Positions 1-9,918 are shown, numbered from the stretch's first letter. The stretch is 32,000 nucleotides of DNA from an uncultured archaeon (GCA_964586355.1 CAZPGO010000030.1:1-32000); one strand, 5' to 3'. Numbers and translations are program-made. The notes: a model not told the origin generated them from the sequence alone.

Positions 1-807
1 TATGCAAATAACAGATCTATAAAAGAAGCATATGGAAAAAACTATAAACAAATAAAATTTATTGAACTAGGGTTATCAGCAGATACAAAAAGTGCAAATA
101 TTATTCCTGAGCTTAAAGATCTAACTTTTTTTTCATTCTCTGATGCACATTCCCCTAACAGCTTTAGAATAGGAAGAGAGTTTGTTTGTGCTGATCTAGA
201 GAAACCAAACTACGAGTGTATTAAAGAACTTTTAGAAAAAAAACAAAAACTTTTATTTAATGTGGGATATAACCCACAAGAAGGAAAATATAATAGATCT
301 GCTTGTAGAGTGTGTAAACAAATCTACACACTAGAAGATGCAATAAAATATAATTGGAAATGTCTTATTTGTAAAGGAACTATAAAAAAAGGAGTTAATG
401 ACAGAATTAAAGAAATTGCAAGAGAACAAGGAAACACGGAATATAAACAATTAACAAAAAGGCCAGAATATAAATATTTGATGCCACTAGCACAAATCAT
501 ACAAATAGCATTAAACAAAAAACAAATACAAGATAAAGAAGTAATAAAGATCTATGAAAAAATGTTAAAAGAAGATTGTGAGATCAATCTTATGTTAAAT
601 ACTCCAAAAGAGATCTTAGAAAAAATAGACTCTAATATTGCAAAATACATAATAGCATTTAGAAAAGATCTAGTTGTGTTTAGACCAGGTGGTGCTGGAC
701 ACTATGGAGTTCCATTTATTTGTTTTAGCGAACAAGAAAAAAAAGAAATGGAAGAAAAAATAAAAAAAGAACAAGAGATTAAAATTATTCAAAAAACTTT
801 ATTTTAA
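1..807 (+). CDS. endoQ: Endonuclease Q (EndoQ)-like protein, C-terminal part; the 5' end lies left of the window
   Basis: Frame 1 is open from nt 1, so the GTG at 262 in the ORF track is internal. Upstream translation reads ...IELGLSADT...FSFSDAHSPNSFRIGRE. This is followed by GYNPQEGKYNRSACRVC...KCLICKG (a CxxC...CxxC zinc cluster) and RPGGAGHYG. The motif order matches my recollection of the PHP-associated EndoQ/TIGR00375 family. Confidence 0.6.
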   Translation, partial: YANNRSIKEAYGKNYKQIKFIELGLSADTKSANIIPELKDLTFFSFSDAHSPNSFRIGREFVCADLEKPNYECIKELLEKKQKLLFNVGYNPQEGKYNRSACRVCKQIYTLEDAIKYNWKCLICKGTIKKGVNDRIKEIAREQGNTEYKQLTKRPEYKYLMPLAQIIQIALNKKQIQDKEVIKIYEKMLKEDCEINLMLNTPKEILEKIDSNIAKYIIAFRKDLVVFRPGGAGHYGVPFICFSEQEKKEMEEKIKKEQEIKIIQKTLF

Positions 808-1117
808 TAGCTTTTGGTTCTGCTAAAATTGAAACCTTATCCCCTTTTTTTAAATTATAATGAGCAACCACATCAGAAGGCAAGGTCACTGCTAAACTTT
901 TACCAGCGACAATAATATTTCTTTTAAATAAAAAAGTTTCGTGTAATAATTTATCTAAATGAAACATTTGCTCACTAGTACAAAACTCTTGCTTACATTT
1001 TTTACATTTATAATTAGGTTCATTTTTTATAATTATTTTACCATTATCTAATATAAGATCTTCATATTCTAAAACAGCAACGCCATTACAAAAAGGACAC
1101 TTTATTTCTTTTTCCAT
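785..1117 (-). CDS. Putative antitoxin: MqsA/YgiT-type zinc ribbon fused to an AbrB/SpoVT (MazE-like) domain
   Basis: N-terminal CPFC...(about 30 aa)...CKKC zinc ribbon. The C-terminal GKSLAVTLPSDVVAHYNLKKGDKVSI resembles the AbrB/SpoVT swapped-hairpin motif. The gene overlaps the upstream small gene by 16 nt. Confidence 0.55.
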   Translation of the reverse strand: MEKEIKCPFCNGVAVLEYEDLILDNGKIIIKNEPNYKCKKCKQEFCTSEQMFHLDKLLHETFLFKRNIIVAGKSLAVTLPSDVVAHYNLKKGDKVSILAEPKAIKIKFFE

Positions 1118-1377
1118 AAATCCACCTCATCTTCATTAGATTCCCAAACAGTTAGTACTAGAAGATAATCATTAGTTTCTTTTTTTATAGCTGTAAAAAA
1201 AGAATTATTAATTTGAAAAATAGTTTTTATATTATTATTTTGCTTCAACTTTACCCTTTGTTTTTTAAGCTCTAGTTCTAAATCGCCATAAGTTAAATTA
1301 TATTTTAAAGCACGTTCTGCGTATCTTAATCTTGCGTGTTTTGTCCAAGTAACAACCATAAATAATAAATAAAACAA
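1102..1377 (-). CDS. Putative toxin, DUF4258-like small protein
   Basis: WTKHARLRYAERAL resembles the DUF4258 signature (T.HA..R..ER.I). The C-terminal DYLLVLTVWES beta-strand and 85-91 aa size also fit. The start may be the internal Met at 1359. It is translationally coupled to the downstream zinc-ribbon/AbrB gene. Confidence 0.5.
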   Translation of the reverse strand: MFYLLFMVVTWTKHARLRYAERALKYNLTYGDLELELKKQRVKLKQNNNIKTIFQINNSFFTAIKKETNDYLLVLTVWESNEDEVDLWKKK

Positions 1378-1422
1378 AATATTTAAATAAGTATCTTATT
1401 ATAATAAGATAAGAAAAAGCAA

Positions 1423-4071
1423 TTACTTGCTTTTTTTCTTATTTTCTAAAATCGCTGCTTGGGCAGCAGCAAGTCTTGCAATTGGTACTCTGTATGGAGA
1501 ACAAGAAACATAATCTAAGCCAAGATCATTACAAAATTTGATAGACTCAGGTTCACCACCATGCTCACCACAAATACCAAGCTTTAATTTTGGTTTTACA
1601 GATCTTCCTTTCTTAATTGTCATTTCCATTAATTGCCCAACACCTTCTTGATCAATTGTAGTAAAGGGATCTCTTTTGTAAACCTCTAAATCAACATATT
1701 GTGGTAAAAATTTACCAGAATCATCTCTACTTAACCCTAAAGTCATTTGAGTTAGATCATTTGTACCAAAAGAAAAGAAGTCTGCTTCTTTTGCAATCTT
1801 ATCTGCTGTTAATGCTGCCCTTGGAATTTCTATCATTGTTCCTATTGTGTAATTTAGTTTTGCTTTTTTATCAGAGATAACTTTATTTGCAGTTTTAATA
1901 ATTAACTCCTTTTGTAAAACAAACTCTTTAACAGTTCCAATCAATGGAACCATAATTTCAGGAATTACTTTTTGACCTTTTTTATTAACTTCTATTGCTG
2001 CTTCTATTATTGCTCTTGTTTGCATCTCAGTAATTTCTGGATAAATTATCCCAAGTCTACACCCACGATGACCAAGCATTGGATTAAACTCAAAAAGACC
2101 ATCTATTTTCTTTTTTAATTCAGCAATTGGCATTTTTAATTCTCTTGACAACTCTAAAATATCTGATGCTTCTTTTGGCAAAAACTCATGAAGAGGAGGA
2201 TCTAATAATCTTATGGTTACTGGCCTTGATTTCATGGCCTTAAACAAACCAATAAAATCACTTCTCTGCATTGGAAGAAGTTTTTCTAAAGCCTTTTTTC
2301 TACCAAATAGTTCTTTAGACAAAATCATTTCTCTTACTGCCTTTATTCTATCCCCTTCAAAAAACATATGTTCAGTTCTACAAAGACCAATACCTTCAGC
2401 CCCAAAACCAACTGCAACAATAGCGTCTTTAGGAGTATCAGCATTTGTTCTTATTTTTAGTTTTCTTTTGGTGTCTGCCCAACTCATCAACTCCTTAAAA
2501 GAAGAAGACAGTTCTGGATCAATTACATTAAGCTTACCTTCATAAACAACACCAGTTGATCCATCAAGAGTAATAAAGTCATTTTCTGTATATGTTTTTC
2601 CATTAACAACCATTTTTCTACTTAACTCATCAATTCCAATATCAGAACATCCAGCAACACAACACTTACCCATACCACGAGCAACAACAGCAGCGTGACT
2701 GGTCATACCTCCTCTTGCTGTTAATATTCCTTGTGAAACATGCATGCCTTTTATGTCTTCTGGAGATGTTTCTGTTCTTACTAATATCACTTTTTTACCA
2801 TCAGAAGAATAATCAACAGCAGTTTTTGCATCAAAAACAATTGTTCCAGTAACAGCACCTGGAGACGCTGGCAAACCCTTAGTTATTATTTTTGCTTGTT
2901 TTATGGCTTTTGGATCTAGTCTTTTGTGAAGAAGTTGATTTAAGGAATCAGGATTAATTCTTAACAAAGCCTCATCCTTAGTAATTAATTTCTCCTTAAC
3001 CATATCAACAGCAATTTTTACTGCCGCAGAAGTAGTTCTTTTTCCAACTCTTACTTGTAGCATATATAGTTTACCTTCTTGAATAGTAAACTCCATATCA
3101 AGCATGTCTTTATAATGTTTTTCTAAAGACTTATAGATTTTTACAAGTTGATCATAAACTTTTGGCATACTTTTTTTAAGTTCAGAAATTTCTAATGGAG
3201 TTCTAATACCTGCAACAACATCCTCGCCTTGAGCATTAAATAAAAACTCGCCATAAAATTTATTTTCTCCAGTTGATGGATTTCTAGAAAAACAAACACC
3301 AGTTCCACTTGTAGGGCCCATGTTTCCAAAAACCATTGATTGAATATTTACTGCTGTTCCTATTAAGCCAGTAATATTATTTAACTGCCTATAAATAATG
3401 GCACGATCATTATTCCAAGAATTAAAAACAGCATTAATAGCTAAGATTAATTGTTCTTTTGGATCTTGAGGAAATTCTTTTTTTGTTTCTTTTTTTACAA
3501 TTCTTTTGTATTCTGCAATTATTTTTTTAAGATCATTTAGATCAAGATCAGTATCATTTTTTACCTTCTTATTTAGTTTTGCATCATGTAAAACATCTTC
3601 AAACAGGTCATGATTAATATTTAACACAACAGAAGAAAACATTTGAATAAATCTTCTATAAGAATCATAAGCAAATCTTGGATTCTCTGTTTTATTTGCA
3701 AGAGCAACTGATATTTTATCATTAAGCCCAAGATTTAAGATGGTGTCCATCATTCCAGGCATTGATGCAGCAGCACCTGATCTTACTGACAATAACAAAG
3801 GTTTTTTTTCATCATTTAATTTTAAAGACATATCCTTTTCTAATCTTTTTAAATAAGTATTAATTTGTTTTTCTAATTCTTTTGGCCATTTTTTATTATC
3901 CTCATAATATTTACAAGCCTCTGTTGTAATAATAAAACCCTGTGGTACTGGCAATTTTAATTTAGTCATCTCAGCTAAATTTGCCCCCTTTCCACCAAGT
4001 AAATTTTTTTTATCTTTATTACCTTCTGAAAAATAATAGACCCATTTTTTTGTTTTGTTTTTTACACTCAT
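1423..4071 (-). CDS. ppdK: Pyruvate, phosphate dikinase
   Basis: 882 aa with an ATP-grasp N-terminus (GGKGANLAEM). The phosphohistidine swivel motif GGMTSHAAVVARGMG and the PEP-utilizer C-terminal motifs (GLCRTEHMF, FFSFGTNDLTQ, CGEHGG) are present. Confidence 0.95.
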   Translation of the reverse strand: MSVKNKTKKWVYYFSEGNKDKKNLLGGKGANLAEMTKLKLPVPQGFIITTEACKYYEDNKKWPKELEKQINTYLKRLEKDMSLKLNDEKKPLLLSVRSGAAASMPGMMDTILNLGLNDKISVALANKTENPRFAYDSYRRFIQMFSSVVLNINHDLFEDVLHDAKLNKKVKNDTDLDLNDLKKIIAEYKRIVKKETKKEFPQDPKEQLILAINAVFNSWNNDRAIIYRQLNNITGLIGTAVNIQSMVFGNMGPTSGTGVCFSRNPSTGENKFYGEFLFNAQGEDVVAGIRTPLEISELKKSMPKVYDQLVKIYKSLEKHYKDMLDMEFTIQEGKLYMLQVRVGKRTTSAAVKIAVDMVKEKLITKDEALLRINPDSLNQLLHKRLDPKAIKQAKIITKGLPASPGAVTGTIVFDAKTAVDYSSDGKKVILVRTETSPEDIKGMHVSQGILTARGGMTSHAAVVARGMGKCCVAGCSDIGIDELSRKMVVNGKTYTENDFITLDGSTGVVYEGKLNVIDPELSSSFKELMSWADTKRKLKIRTNADTPKDAIVAVGFGAEGIGLCRTEHMFFEGDRIKAVREMILSKELFGRKKALEKLLPMQRSDFIGLFKAMKSRPVTIRLLDPPLHEFLPKEASDILELSRELKMPIAELKKKIDGLFEFNPMLGHRGCRLGIIYPEITEMQTRAIIEAAIEVNKKGQKVIPEIMVPLIGTVKEFVLQKELIIKTANKVISDKKAKLNYTIGTMIEIPRAALTADKIAKEADFFSFGTNDLTQMTLGLSRDDSGKFLPQYVDLEVYKRDPFTTIDQEGVGQLMEMTIKKGRSVKPKLKLGICGEHGGEPESIKFCNDLGLDYVSCSPYRVPIARLAAAQAAILENKKKSK

Positions 4072-4170
4072 ATTTTTTCTAACTCCTTTTTTTTCTAAAA
4101 ATTATAAAAAGTTCTTTAACTATTAAGATAAGTAAATAAAATATTTTAAAAAACCTATTTACAAAAAAAA

Positions 4171-5499
4171 TTAACCAGTAATAACAAGTTTTGGTTTTAG
4201 AGCAGCAGATTTTTTTACTAATCCAAAACCTTGCATAGACTCAACAACAGACAAACTATCCTTATAAGCATTTGGTTGTTCTTCTCTCATAATATTTTCT
4301 GATCTTCCTGATAAAATAACTCCATCATTTAAAAGATTTTTTTGCAGATTGGTAATAGAAATTTCAGACTTTGCTTTTTGTCTAGAAAGTCTTCTTCCTG
4401 AACCATGAGCTACAGAGTTTAGGGTTTCTGATATTTTTTTTGTTGGTTCTAGAATATATGTTTTTGCTTGCATAGATCCTGGCAAAATAATTGGTCTGCT
4501 TAGATAAGCTCTTGAAGCACCTTTTCTATGAACAATTAATTTCTTGTTTTTGTGTTTTTCTATTGTAGCAACATTATGAACAGAATCAGAAACCAAATCA
4601 AACTTTAAATCTTTAATTTCTAGAGTTTTTGAAAGGACCGTCTTTACTGAATTAGATAAAACAGATCTATTTACAAATGCAAAATTAACCGCACAAGACA
4701 TGGATTCAAAATATGCTTGTGAATCTTTAGAAGTAAAATAATCATAAGCAATTGGATCTTTATATTTAAAACCTTTAGAAAACTCGCTAGCGATTTGATG
4801 ACCAAAACCACGAGAACCAGAATGAAGCATTATTATATATTGATTTTTTTCTAGTTTTAGCTTTTTTAAATAAGCTTTATCAAAAACATTTTCAACCAAC
4901 AAAAGATCAATAAAATGATTCCCTTGCCCTAAGGTGCCAATCTCCTTTATACCTCTAGCCTTTGATTCTTTGCTTAGGTGCTTGGTGTTTGCGGTATTAA
5001 AAGAACCTTTATACTCAATATTTTTTAGATCCTTTTTATTCAAAAAATTATTTTCAATAGACCAAGAAACACCAGTTTCTAATATCTTAGAAAAATCAGA
5101 TTTGAAAAGAGAGTGCCCTTTTGTGGATAATCCCAAAGGCAATTTTTCAAGAGCTTTTGTTATTTTTTTTAAAGAAGGCAAATCTAGATCTTTTTTATAT
5201 AAATTAGTTTTTATTACAGAAATACCACAACCAATATCAAAACCAACAGCTTCAGGGCTAATAATTCCAACATCTACCGGACTTGCAAAAACAGAACCTA
5301 TAGGCACACCATAACCAACATGTAGATCAGATAAACCAATGACTGGGGAATAAATATTTGGTAATTTAGAAATATTATCTAATTGCTCAAAACAAGCAGA
5401 ATCTATTTCAGAAAATAATTTTTTATTTGCAATTATTTTTTTAGTAATAGAATTAGTTTTTTCAATATAACAATTTTTAGAAGCATATTGAAACATCAT
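4171..5499 (-). CDS. rtcB: RNA-splicing ligase RtcB
   Basis: Motifs DIGCGI, GQGNHFI, HSGSRGFGHQIA, HNV, HRKGA, PGSM and HGSGR occur in the canonical RtcB order. At 442 aa it is slightly shorter than typical archaeal RtcB. Confidence 0.9.
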   Translation of the reverse strand: MMFQYASKNCYIEKTNSITKKIIANKKLFSEIDSACFEQLDNISKLPNIYSPVIGLSDLHVGYGVPIGSVFASPVDVGIISPEAVGFDIGCGISVIKTNLYKKDLDLPSLKKITKALEKLPLGLSTKGHSLFKSDFSKILETGVSWSIENNFLNKKDLKNIEYKGSFNTANTKHLSKESKARGIKEIGTLGQGNHFIDLLLVENVFDKAYLKKLKLEKNQYIIMLHSGSRGFGHQIASEFSKGFKYKDPIAYDYFTSKDSQAYFESMSCAVNFAFVNRSVLSNSVKTVLSKTLEIKDLKFDLVSDSVHNVATIEKHKNKKLIVHRKGASRAYLSRPIILPGSMQAKTYILEPTKKISETLNSVAHGSGRRLSRQKAKSEISITNLQKNLLNDGVILSGRSENIMREEQPNAYKDSLSVVESMQGFGLVKKSAALKPKLVITG

Positions 5500-5606
5500 A
5501 AACCATAATTTAACAAATATAAATAAACAGAACTGTAATTTATAACAGCCCTTTTTTTACAAAAAAACACAAAAATGATTTTTGCATTAAAAATAATAAA
5601 AAGAAT

Positions 5607-5915
5607 TTACCCTTTTAATTCTATACTTATTTGCACATCTGTAGGAACATCAATTCTCATAATTCTTCTTAAGGTCTTATCATCTGCTTTTACATCAATT
5701 ATTCTTTTATGAATTCTTAATTGATAAGTCTGATAAGTTTCAGTACCACCACCAGAAACACCTCTTCTGTTTGGTACTACTAATTTTTTTGTTTTTAATG
5801 GTATGACTCCAGAATGTTTAACTCCACTCTGTTTTGCAATTCCAATAATTTCTTGACAAAAATCAGTGATTTTTTTGTAATCTGTTCCTGTAACAATAAC
5901 TCTTGCTGTCTGCAT
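5607..5915 (-). CDS. rps10: 30S ribosomal protein S10 (uS10)
   Basis: 102 aa. ARVIVTG...SGVIPLKTKKLVV...LRIHKRIIDV...RRIMRIDVP matches archaeal S10. It lies immediately downstream of tuf, as in the conserved archaeal tuf-rps10 arrangement. Confidence 0.95.
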   Translation of the reverse strand: MQTARVIVTGTDYKKITDFCQEIIGIAKQSGVKHSGVIPLKTKKLVVPNRRGVSGGGTETYQTYQLRIHKRIIDVKADDKTLRRIMRIDVPTDVQISIELKG

Positions 5916-5964
5916 ATTTTTTCCTGTTTATGATTTTTAAAAAAATAAAAAAATAAGAAAAAAC

Positions 5965-7224
5965 TTATTGTTTTTTCTTTACATCCTGTACAACACCTGC
6001 TGCAACTGTTTTACCTTGATCTCTAATAGCAAATCTACCTAATTGTGGAAACTCTTTAAAACTTTCAACAACTAATGGTTGTAATGGTCTAATCTTTACT
6101 ATTGCAGCATCACCAGTCTTTAAAAACTTTGGATTATCTTCTTGAGTTGGTGCTACTTTTTTAATAAATTCTGTGATAGTACAAGACATTTGTGCTGTGT
6201 GAAGGTGGAATACTGGAGTGTAGCCTGGTGCAATTGCTGTAGGGTAGTTTAATACAACTATTTGAGCTGTAAATTCTTCAGCAACTGTTGGGGGATTATT
6301 TTCAGGACCTATAACAGAACCTCTTTTTATATCTCCTTTTCCAACCTTTCTTAAATTGAAACCAATATTATCTCCTGGTAATGCTTCAGGTAATTGTTCG
6401 TGATGAGCTTCAATTGATTTAATATCTGTTACGATATTTTCTGGCATAATTACAACTTTATCATTTGGTTTTAAAACACCTGTCTCAACTCTACCAACAG
6501 GAACTGTTCCAACACCTTTGATGTTGTAAACATCTTGAACAGGTAATCTTAATGGTTTACCTGATAAATCATCTGCAGGTTTAAAATTATTGACTGCATC
6601 TAACAAAGATGGACCTTTAAACCAAGTCATTTTCTCAGAAGCTTTAGTAATATTTTCTCCATTCCATGCAGAAATTGGGATTATTTGTAATTGGTCTTCT
6701 TTAAAACCAGATCTTTTTAATAAAGTTGAAACTTCTTCTTTTATTTTATTAAAAGCATCTTCCTTATACTCAACCTCATCCATTTTATTAACAACAACAA
6801 CAATTTGTTTAATACCCATAACTTGAGCTAGAAATGCATGCTCTTTAGTTTGAGCCATAATTCCATCTTTTGCTGCAACTACTAAAACAGCTGCATCAGA
6901 TTGTGCGGTTCCAGTAATCATATTTTTAACATAATCTTGATGACCAGGGGCATCAATTACTGTAAAAGAATATTTCTCTGTATCTAATTTTTTATAATTT
7001 ACATCAATTGTAATACCTCTATCTCTTTCTTCCTTAGTAACATCCATTAAGTAAGCGAAAGCAAAAGTAGATTTTCCTTTTTCTTGAGCAATTGCTTCTA
7101 ACTTTCTATAATCTTGATCACTTAGGTTTTTTGTATCGTACATTAAACGACCAACAGTTGTTGATTTTCCATGATCGATATGTCCGATAAAAACAATATT
7201 TAGCTTTGGTTTAGCTGCTGCCAT
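5965..7224 (-). CDS. tuf: Translation elongation factor 1-alpha (aEF-1A)
   Basis: GHIDHGKST (G1), DAPGH (G3) and NKMD (G4) motifs with archaeal-type domains II/III. A GGAGG Shine-Dalgarno lies about 10 nt upstream (cctcc on the plus strand at 7236-7240). This is the locally highest GC in the window. Confidence 0.97.
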   Translation of the reverse strand: MAAAKPKLNIVFIGHIDHGKSTTVGRLMYDTKNLSDQDYRKLEAIAQEKGKSTFAFAYLMDVTKEERDRGITIDVNYKKLDTEKYSFTVIDAPGHQDYVKNMITGTAQSDAAVLVVAAKDGIMAQTKEHAFLAQVMGIKQIVVVVNKMDEVEYKEDAFNKIKEEVSTLLKRSGFKEDQLQIIPISAWNGENITKASEKMTWFKGPSLLDAVNNFKPADDLSGKPLRLPVQDVYNIKGVGTVPVGRVETGVLKPNDKVVIMPENIVTDIKSIEAHHEQLPEALPGDNIGFNLRKVGKGDIKRGSVIGPENNPPTVAEEFTAQIVVLNYPTAIAPGYTPVFHLHTAQMSCTITEFIKKVAPTQEDNPKFLKTGDAAIVKIRPLQPLVVESFKEFPQLGRFAIRDQGKTVAAGVVQDVKKKQ

Positions 7225-7472
7225 ATATATTCATTCCTCCATATATTTAAATAAAAAATGTTTGATAAAATAACAATTATATTGAAATAATTGTATATTA
7301 TATATAGAAACTAAAACTTTATAAATAGATAATTTTGTAAAACACAAACAAACTTTACATAACTGTTTAAAAAATAAATAGAGACCTAAAACAAAAAACA
7401 ACAAATCAAAAACTATATATATTGATTTGCTTTAAATATATATAAGTAAAAACCAAAGAAAAGAAAATAAAT

Positions 7473-8537
7473 ATGGAAATAGAATTTATTCAAATTATAA
7501 TAATTGTAGGAATCATAATTGTTTTTGGGGTATTAATAACCATAACTAACCTTAAAAAAAAAGTAAAAGTTCCAGTAAGCAAAGAACAAAACACTTGGCA
7601 AAAAATAGAACAACTAAATAATAAAAAAAAAGAATTTCTTAAAAAAAAAGAAGAAGTCTCATTTAAGTATAGTGCTAAAAGCATAACAGATGATAATTAT
7701 GCAAAAACTATAAAATACATAAATGAGGAATTAAAAAAAATAGATGAAGCTGTAAATGAAGAAGTCTCCAAACTAACAGATTTGCAAAAAAACCAAGATA
7801 CAGGTGGAGAGCTAAGATTTCAAAATATTAAACTTAAAGGAGATCTAAGCGAACTAATGTTAGAGCGAGATAATTTAAAAAATAGAACCCAAGAGCTAGA
7901 AGAATTTATAAAAAACATGACCAAAAGCACAAATAATAATTTGCAAATAAATGAAAGTGCGAAAAATAAATATTATGAACTAATATTAACAACCTATAAA
8001 GATATAATAAATAATAATGAGAAAAAAACCATTTCACAAATAAAAGACATGGTAGATCCTGACAATCTTAGTGTTAAAAGCATAATCTCTAAATACAAAC
8101 CTATTGGTTATGATTTTAATAAAGACTATTTTGAAACATTAAGAGTAATTTATAATTACCTAAAATCAGAAATAGAAGTTGCAAAAAACGATATTAGAGT
8201 TTTGTATTGGCTAGATGCAACACAGATCTTAAAACACAAAATTGCAGACGAACAAGATGCAGCAAATATGCTTTGTTCCATCATGAAAGCACTAAAAGAC
8301 AATAAAGCATATATTTATGTTGTTTTGTTAGAAGATGATAGAACACACGCTATAGTTAAAACCAAATTTAAAGGAGTTTACTATCTTTTAGATCTAACAC
8401 AAAAAACACCATTTGATTTATTTAAAGATCAAGATGAAAAAAAATTATTTGAAAATTATAACTATAAAAACAAAAAAATTACTAGAATGATCTATAAATA
8501 TAATAACAACACATATGTTAATTTTGAAGAAGAATAA
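7473..8537 (+). CDS. Membrane-anchored coiled-coil protein with a putative transglutaminase-like (Cys-His-Asp) C-terminal core
   Basis: N-terminal TM helix (IIIIVGIIIVFGVLITI) followed by about 150 aa rich in E/K/N/L heptads. The C-terminal ANMLCSIMKAL...AYIYVVL...THAIVKT...YYLLDLT has the C/H/D spacing of transglutaminase-like folds. I recognised this by eye only. Confidence 0.4.
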   Translation: MEIEFIQIIIIVGIIIVFGVLITITNLKKKVKVPVSKEQNTWQKIEQLNNKKKEFLKKKEEVSFKYSAKSITDDNYAKTIKYINEELKKIDEAVNEEVSKLTDLQKNQDTGGELRFQNIKLKGDLSELMLERDNLKNRTQELEEFIKNMTKSTNNNLQINESAKNKYYELILTTYKDIINNNEKKTISQIKDMVDPDNLSVKSIISKYKPIGYDFNKDYFETLRVIYNYLKSEIEVAKNDIRVLYWLDATQILKHKIADEQDAANMLCSIMKALKDNKAYIYVVLLEDDRTHAIVKTKFKGVYYLLDLTQKTPFDLFKDQDEKKLFENYNYKNKKITRMIYKYNNNTYVNFEEE

Positions 8538-8551
8538 ATTCGTATTTTATT

Positions 8552-9628
8552 ATGGAAAAATTAGAAACCACTAGCACAGCTTTTTTTTACATCTCTAAAA
8601 AACTAGAAGAAGAATTGGTTGGAGGATATATTAATAACCTTCAAGAAATTGAACTTAAGTTTAAGGAAAATAAAATAGATGAATCAGTTAGAGGCATAAA
8701 AATAAAAATACACAAAAAACAAACAAAAGAATTAATAGCAACAGAAAAAACACTATTTCTAGCAAAACACAAAATCCCTGTTTTAGAAAAAAGCAAAGGA
8801 ATTTGTAATTTTCTAAAAAAGAAAATCTATAATCAAAAAATTCATGAAATAAAACAAGATAAAAATAACAGAGTGATTTATTTTAAATTAGATCAATATT
8901 ATTTAATATTTGAATTCTTTAGTAACTCTAATATCATATTAACAGACCTTGACTTTATTGTGATTACTTCAAAAAAACAAGAGTTTTGGAAAGATAGAGA
9001 GATAAAGGCAAAAAGAAAATATGATTTCCCTTTTTCTAATGACCTTAAAAAAAAAGAAGAAAAAGAAATAGAAAATAAAACAAAAGAAGAAATCATAAGA
9101 TATTTTGTAAAAAACTATAATATTTATCCGTGGTATTTAGAAGAAATATATAAAAAAACAGAAAAAATACTTCCAGAGATAAATAAGCTTTATGAATATA
9201 AAAACCCAAATATAAAAATAATAGATCACAAAGATCAAAAAATAATAGTGGTTGTAGAAAACAATAAAGAGAAAGACTTCTTTTTAGAAATAGAAAACCT
9301 TTATCTACATCAAGATACAAAAACAGAAGAAAAAAAAGAAAGCAAACAAATGCTAAAAATAAAAGAGATTCTAAAAAACCAAATAGATACCCAAAAAGAA
9401 TATGAAGAGAGTATGGAGCTCTTTCAAAAAGAAGGAGAACAAATCTACATATATTTTACTTTAATAAATCAAATTAATACTCAAATACAAATTGCAAGAA
9501 ATAAAAAAATAGATACACCTACAATAGAGAATAAGATAAATGAACAACTAAAAAAAACAAATTCTAAAATAAGTATAAAAGAAATAGATCTTAAAAATAA
9601 AACCTATAAACTAAAAATAGAAAATTAA
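8552..9628 (+). CDS. NFACT-N domain protein (Rqc2/NEMF/FbpA-like), apparently lacking the NFACT-R (DUF814) domain
   Basis: The N-terminus LEEELVGGYINNLQEI..., then VIYFKLDQYYLIFEFFSNSNIILTDLDFIVITS, fit the NFACT-N pattern (GNIIL.D). A coiled-coil tail follows. The protein ends at 358 aa with no DUF814-like segment. Confidence 0.45.
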   Translation: MEKLETTSTAFFYISKKLEEELVGGYINNLQEIELKFKENKIDESVRGIKIKIHKKQTKELIATEKTLFLAKHKIPVLEKSKGICNFLKKKIYNQKIHEIKQDKNNRVIYFKLDQYYLIFEFFSNSNIILTDLDFIVITSKKQEFWKDREIKAKRKYDFPFSNDLKKKEEKEIENKTKEEIIRYFVKNYNIYPWYLEEIYKKTEKILPEINKLYEYKNPNIKIIDHKDQKIIVVVENNKEKDFFLEIENLYLHQDTKTEEKKESKQMLKIKEILKNQIDTQKEYEESMELFQKEGEQIYIYFTLINQINTQIQIARNKKIDTPTIENKINEQLKKTNSKISIKEIDLKNKTYKLKIEN

Positions 9629-9645
9629 GATAATTAAATCTTAAT

Positions 9646-9918
9646 TTAGAAACCGCCGTCTTTTGCTAAAAGTTCTTTTTCATCAATAACGAAAACGTCA
9701 CTTACTGCAACAACACACTTGTAAGGCACTTCTAATAAGTTTCCTTGAACATCAAGTTGTTTTACAACTTTTGAAGTTGGGTCTACTTCTATTAATAAAG
9801 CCTCTACTTCTCCTGAGACCTCATTTACTAATAGATCTACTAAACGACCTAAATTATCTCCTCTATTTGTAATTAACTTTTTTGTTGCAAGTTGTCTAGC
9901 TATAGCATATTTGTACAT
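9646..9918 (-). CDS. PRC-barrel domain protein (CdpB-like size class)
   Basis: 90 aa. LITNRGDNLGRLVDLLVNEVSGEVEALLIEV...VPYKCVVAVSDVFVID is a typical stand-alone archaeal PRC-barrel pattern. Confidence 0.7.
   Translation of the reverse strand: MYKYAIARQLATKKLITNRGDNLGRLVDLLVNEVSGEVEALLIEVDPTSKVVKQLDVQGNLLEVPYKCVVAVSDVFVIDEKELLAKDGGF

Noticed and set aside
7225-7472. The unusually long (248 bp) spacer between tuf and the 7473 gene as a possible ncRNA locus.
   Set aside because: The sequence is uniformly A/T-rich with no G/C-rich stems. By contrast, the tRNAs stand out sharply from the background. It is most simply a divergent promoter region.
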